A stretch of DNA of 64,000 nucleotides from NCBI GenBank assembly GCA_031414535.1, contig JANNVQ010000053.1, positions 1 through 64,000 of the forward strand, read 5' to 3'. The notes under the pieces are model-generated. The model made no database searches. It was not told the DNA's origin and saw only the letters and a list, made by a program, of their open reading frames with translations. A program made the position numbers and the translations under genes. The DNA is from Gemmatimonas sp. Lineage in GTDB: Bacteria > Gemmatimonadota > Gemmatimonadetes > Gemmatimonadales > Gemmatimonadaceae. Positions 61,793 through 64,000 of this stretch are shown here, piece after piece. The stretch's first letter is position 1; each line of letters begins with the position of its first letter.

Positions 61793-63072
61793 ACACGCTT
61801 CTCATCAAGGGCGGTCGCCTGATTGACCCCTCGCAGCAACTCGACGCTGTGGGCGATCTGCTCCTCGTCGATGGAAAAGTTGCGCAGGTTGGCGGAAGCA
61901 TCGCCGCACCCGCCGGCGCCGAGACGTATGACGCCAAGGGCCTCGTGGTCGCACCGGGCATGATTGACGTGCACGTGCACCTGCGTGAGCCGGGCAGGGA
62001 AGACGTGGAGACCGTCGCCACCGGCGCGCACTCTGCCGTCGCGGGCGGCTTCACCGCCGTCTGCGCGATGCCCAATACCAAGCCGGTCACCGACAATCAG
62101 GCCACGGTGGGCTTCGTGAAGCGTCAAGGTGAGGCCGCCGGCTTCGCTCGCGTGTATCCCTACGGCGCCATCTCCGTTGGCCAAAAGGGCGAAACGCTCG
62201 CAGAGTTCGGTGAGATGGTCGCCGCCGGTGCCGTCGCCTTCTCGGATGATGGCAAGCCAGTCGAGAATTCGCATCTCATGCGAACGGCGCTTGAGTACGC
62301 CATGACCTTCGGCGTGCCCGTGGTGGAGCACTGCGAGGTGATGTCGCTCGCGCACGGTGGTTCGATGAACGAAGGCATCGTGTCGGCGCGCCTAGGTCTC
62401 AAGGGCATTCCCGGCGAAGCCGAGGAGATTGACGTCATCCGCTGCATCCTCCTCGCCAAGCGCACCGGCGGCCACGTGCATCTCTGCCACCTCTCCACCA
62501 AGGGCTCCGTGGACTTGGTGCGCTGGGGCAAGTCGCAGGGCGTCAACGTCACGTCGGAGGTCTGCTCGCACCATATCTCCCTCACGGAAGATGCGGTGGA
62601 AGGCTACAACACCAACGCCAAAATGAATCCGCCGCTCCGCACCAAGGCGGACGTTGAAGCACTGCAGCAGGGCTTGAAGGACGGCACAATCGACCTGCTG
62701 GTGACGGATCACGCCCCGCATCATTACGACGAAAAGGAACGCGAGTTCGCCGACGCGCCCAATGGCATCGTCGGTTTGGAGACGGCCCTCGGGGTGAACA
62801 TTACCTACCTCGTGGAGACGGGAATTCTCTCGCTCAACGATTTGGTCCTGCGCATGAGTTGCCTCCCGGCCCAGATTTTCCATCTGCCCGGGGGTACACT
62901 CACGACGGGCGGTATTGCCGACGTCACCGTTTTTGACCCCAAGAAGAAGTGGGTCGTGGACCCCAAAGCCTTCAAGTCCAAGGGGCGCAACACCCCCTAC
63001 GGCGGGCACCAATTGACGGGGCAGGCGATCTGTACCGTCGTGGGCGGGAAGATCGTCCATCAGGTGTCGTGA
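61789..63072 (+). CDS. pyrC: Dihydroorotase
   Basis: [32 protein letters not shown]. Confidence 0.96.
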   Translation: MNTLLIKGGRLIDPSQQLDAVGDLLLVDGKVAQVGGSIAAPAGAETYDAKGLVVAPGMIDVHVHLREPGREDVETVATGAHSAVAGGFTAVCAMPNTKPVTDNQATVGFVKRQGEAAGFARVYPYGAISVGQKGETLAEFGEMVAAGAVAFSDDGKPVENSHLMRTALEYAMTFGVPVVEHCEVMSLAHGGSMNEGIVSARLGLKGIPGEAEEIDVIRCILLAKRTGGHVHLCHLSTKGSVDLVRWGKSQGVNVTSEVCSHHISLTEDAVEGYNTNAKMNPPLRTKADVEALQQGLKDGTIDLLVTDHAPHHYDEKEREFADAPNGIVGLETALGVNITYLVETGILSLNDLVLRMSCLPAQIFHLPGGTLTTGGIADVTVFDPKKKWVVDPKAFKSKGRNTPYGGHQLTGQAICTVVGGKIVHQVS

Positions 63073-63089
63073 CCCCCAACTATGAATCG

Positions 63090-64000
63090 ATGAAGAAGGC
63101 TGACCTCTCGCGTTTGGAAACTCTCGAGGCCCTGATTGCGGAAAAGCGCAAACAGGAGACCTTCCTGGCGAAGCTCCAAGAGCGTCGCGCAGGAACGCCC
63201 GAGCATGTCTTCAAGCGCTTAGAGGACGAGTATCTCACCAAGCTGACTGACGCGCAGGTGAAGGCGGCCGCAGAAGCGGAATCGCTCTCGGGAGGTCTCG
63301 AGGATGACGACGCGGCCGTGGCCGAAGTCCGCGCGAAGCTCGAGCAACTCGAGGAAGAGCGCGTGGAGATGCAGTTGCGGGCCGAAGTCGAGGAATGGGA
63401 CGCAAAGGAAACGCAGAAGAAGCTCACCGCGCTCGGCGCGGCCATTTCGATGGCCGAGAAGGAGCGCGATGCGCGCACGGCGGTCGCCGAGCGTACGCGC
63501 TCCTTGCTCGCGGAAGCTCGCGGGGGCACTCCTGCCAGTGGGCAGCCCGCAGTGTCTGGCGGTGGCGCCCGCCCCCCGATGCGTCCGACCACCGCGACAT
63601 TAACCGGTGGCCCCAATTTCGATGAGCTGGCCTTCTTGAACTCGGTTGTGGGCCGCGCAAGCACGCCATTGCCTGCGATTCGCGATGCCAAACCGGCTGC
63701 GCCCACCGACGAAACCAAGGAATCGGCCTCCGCGGTGCCCCCGAAGCCCGTAGAATCGCCCCGATCCCCGACTTCGGCGGTGCCCGCGCCGTCCGTCGCG
63801 CCGTCCGTCGCGCCGTCCGTCGCGGAGTCCGTAGCCGAGTCTGTCGCCGAGTCTGTCGCGGCTCCGATGGTTCCACCCTCTCCTGCGCCGCCTCCACCGC
63901 CAGTGGTTGTGCCGGCCGTGGTGCCGGCTGTTCTGCCCACTCTGCAGCCGCCAGCCCAGCCTTCGCTTGAGCTAGAGTCCCCTGCGCCGGCCGCCCCGGC
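63090..64000 (+). CDS. Hypothetical protein, N-terminal coiled coil plus Pro/Ala-rich region; runs off the window
   Basis: Open from ATG 63090 (MKKADLSRLETLEALIAEKRKQETFLAKL...FDELAFLNSVV...) to the window end; missing from the ORF track because it has no stop. Confidence 0.8.
   Translation, partial: MKKADLSRLETLEALIAEKRKQETFLAKLQERRAGTPEHVFKRLEDEYLTKLTDAQVKAAAEAESLSGGLEDDDAAVAEVRAKLEQLEEERVEMQLRAEVEEWDAKETQKKLTALGAAISMAEKERDARTAVAERTRSLLAEARGGTPASGQPAVSGGGARPPMRPTTATLTGGPNFDELAFLNSVVGRASTPLPAIRDAKPAAPTDETKESASAVPPKPVESPRSPTSAVPAPSVAPSVAPSVAESVAESVAESVAAPMVPPSPAPPPPPVVVPAVVPAVLPTLQPPAQPSLELESPAPAAP
63786..63857 (+). repeat. Coding 12-bp tandem repeat x6 (APSV x3, AESV x3)
   Basis: GCGCCGTCCGTC x3, GCGGAGTCCGTA, GCCGAGTCTGTC x2. 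Confidence 0.85.

Overview
Mostly housekeeping chromosome from a high-GC bacterium. Gene content and order suggest Gemmatimonadota (inference). It holds about 60 tightly packed, often stop/start-overlapping genes: ftsZ, ftsY, recG, asnS, deoC plus a two-domain ALDH, tgt, mazG, alr-deoB-cdd, miaB, comEC, fbp, a methylmalonyl-CoA mutase subunit, argS, purM, the rib operon, nusB, hpf-hprK-mannose-type PTS, metK, a cobalamin-riboswitch-controlled btuFCDB-recO unit, clpB, tadA, two tRNA-Ser genes and pyrRBC. No CRISPR array, prophage or known defence system is visible. The most interesting signals are non-genic. (1) The window opens in the 3' end of an IS110-family recombinase whose right junction runs into CTTCGTGGTGA, a 10/11 match to the end of an octamer-built repeat found at 15313-15340 and as a 30-bp inverted repeat at 33277-33389; this suggests a bridge-recombinase/repeat landing-pad pair. 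(2) A CCGTC(A/C/T)T heptamer family lies just before the start codons of ftsZ, fbp, pfkB, btuB and clpB, and also forms an in-frame palindrome in the ALDH linker. (3) Translation initiation looks SD-poor, with leaderless-type -10 boxes and tiny bridging ORFs. (4) An unannotated 56-aa ORF resembles a single beta-propeller blade. All functional interpretations of these are hypotheses from reading the sequence; no searches were run.
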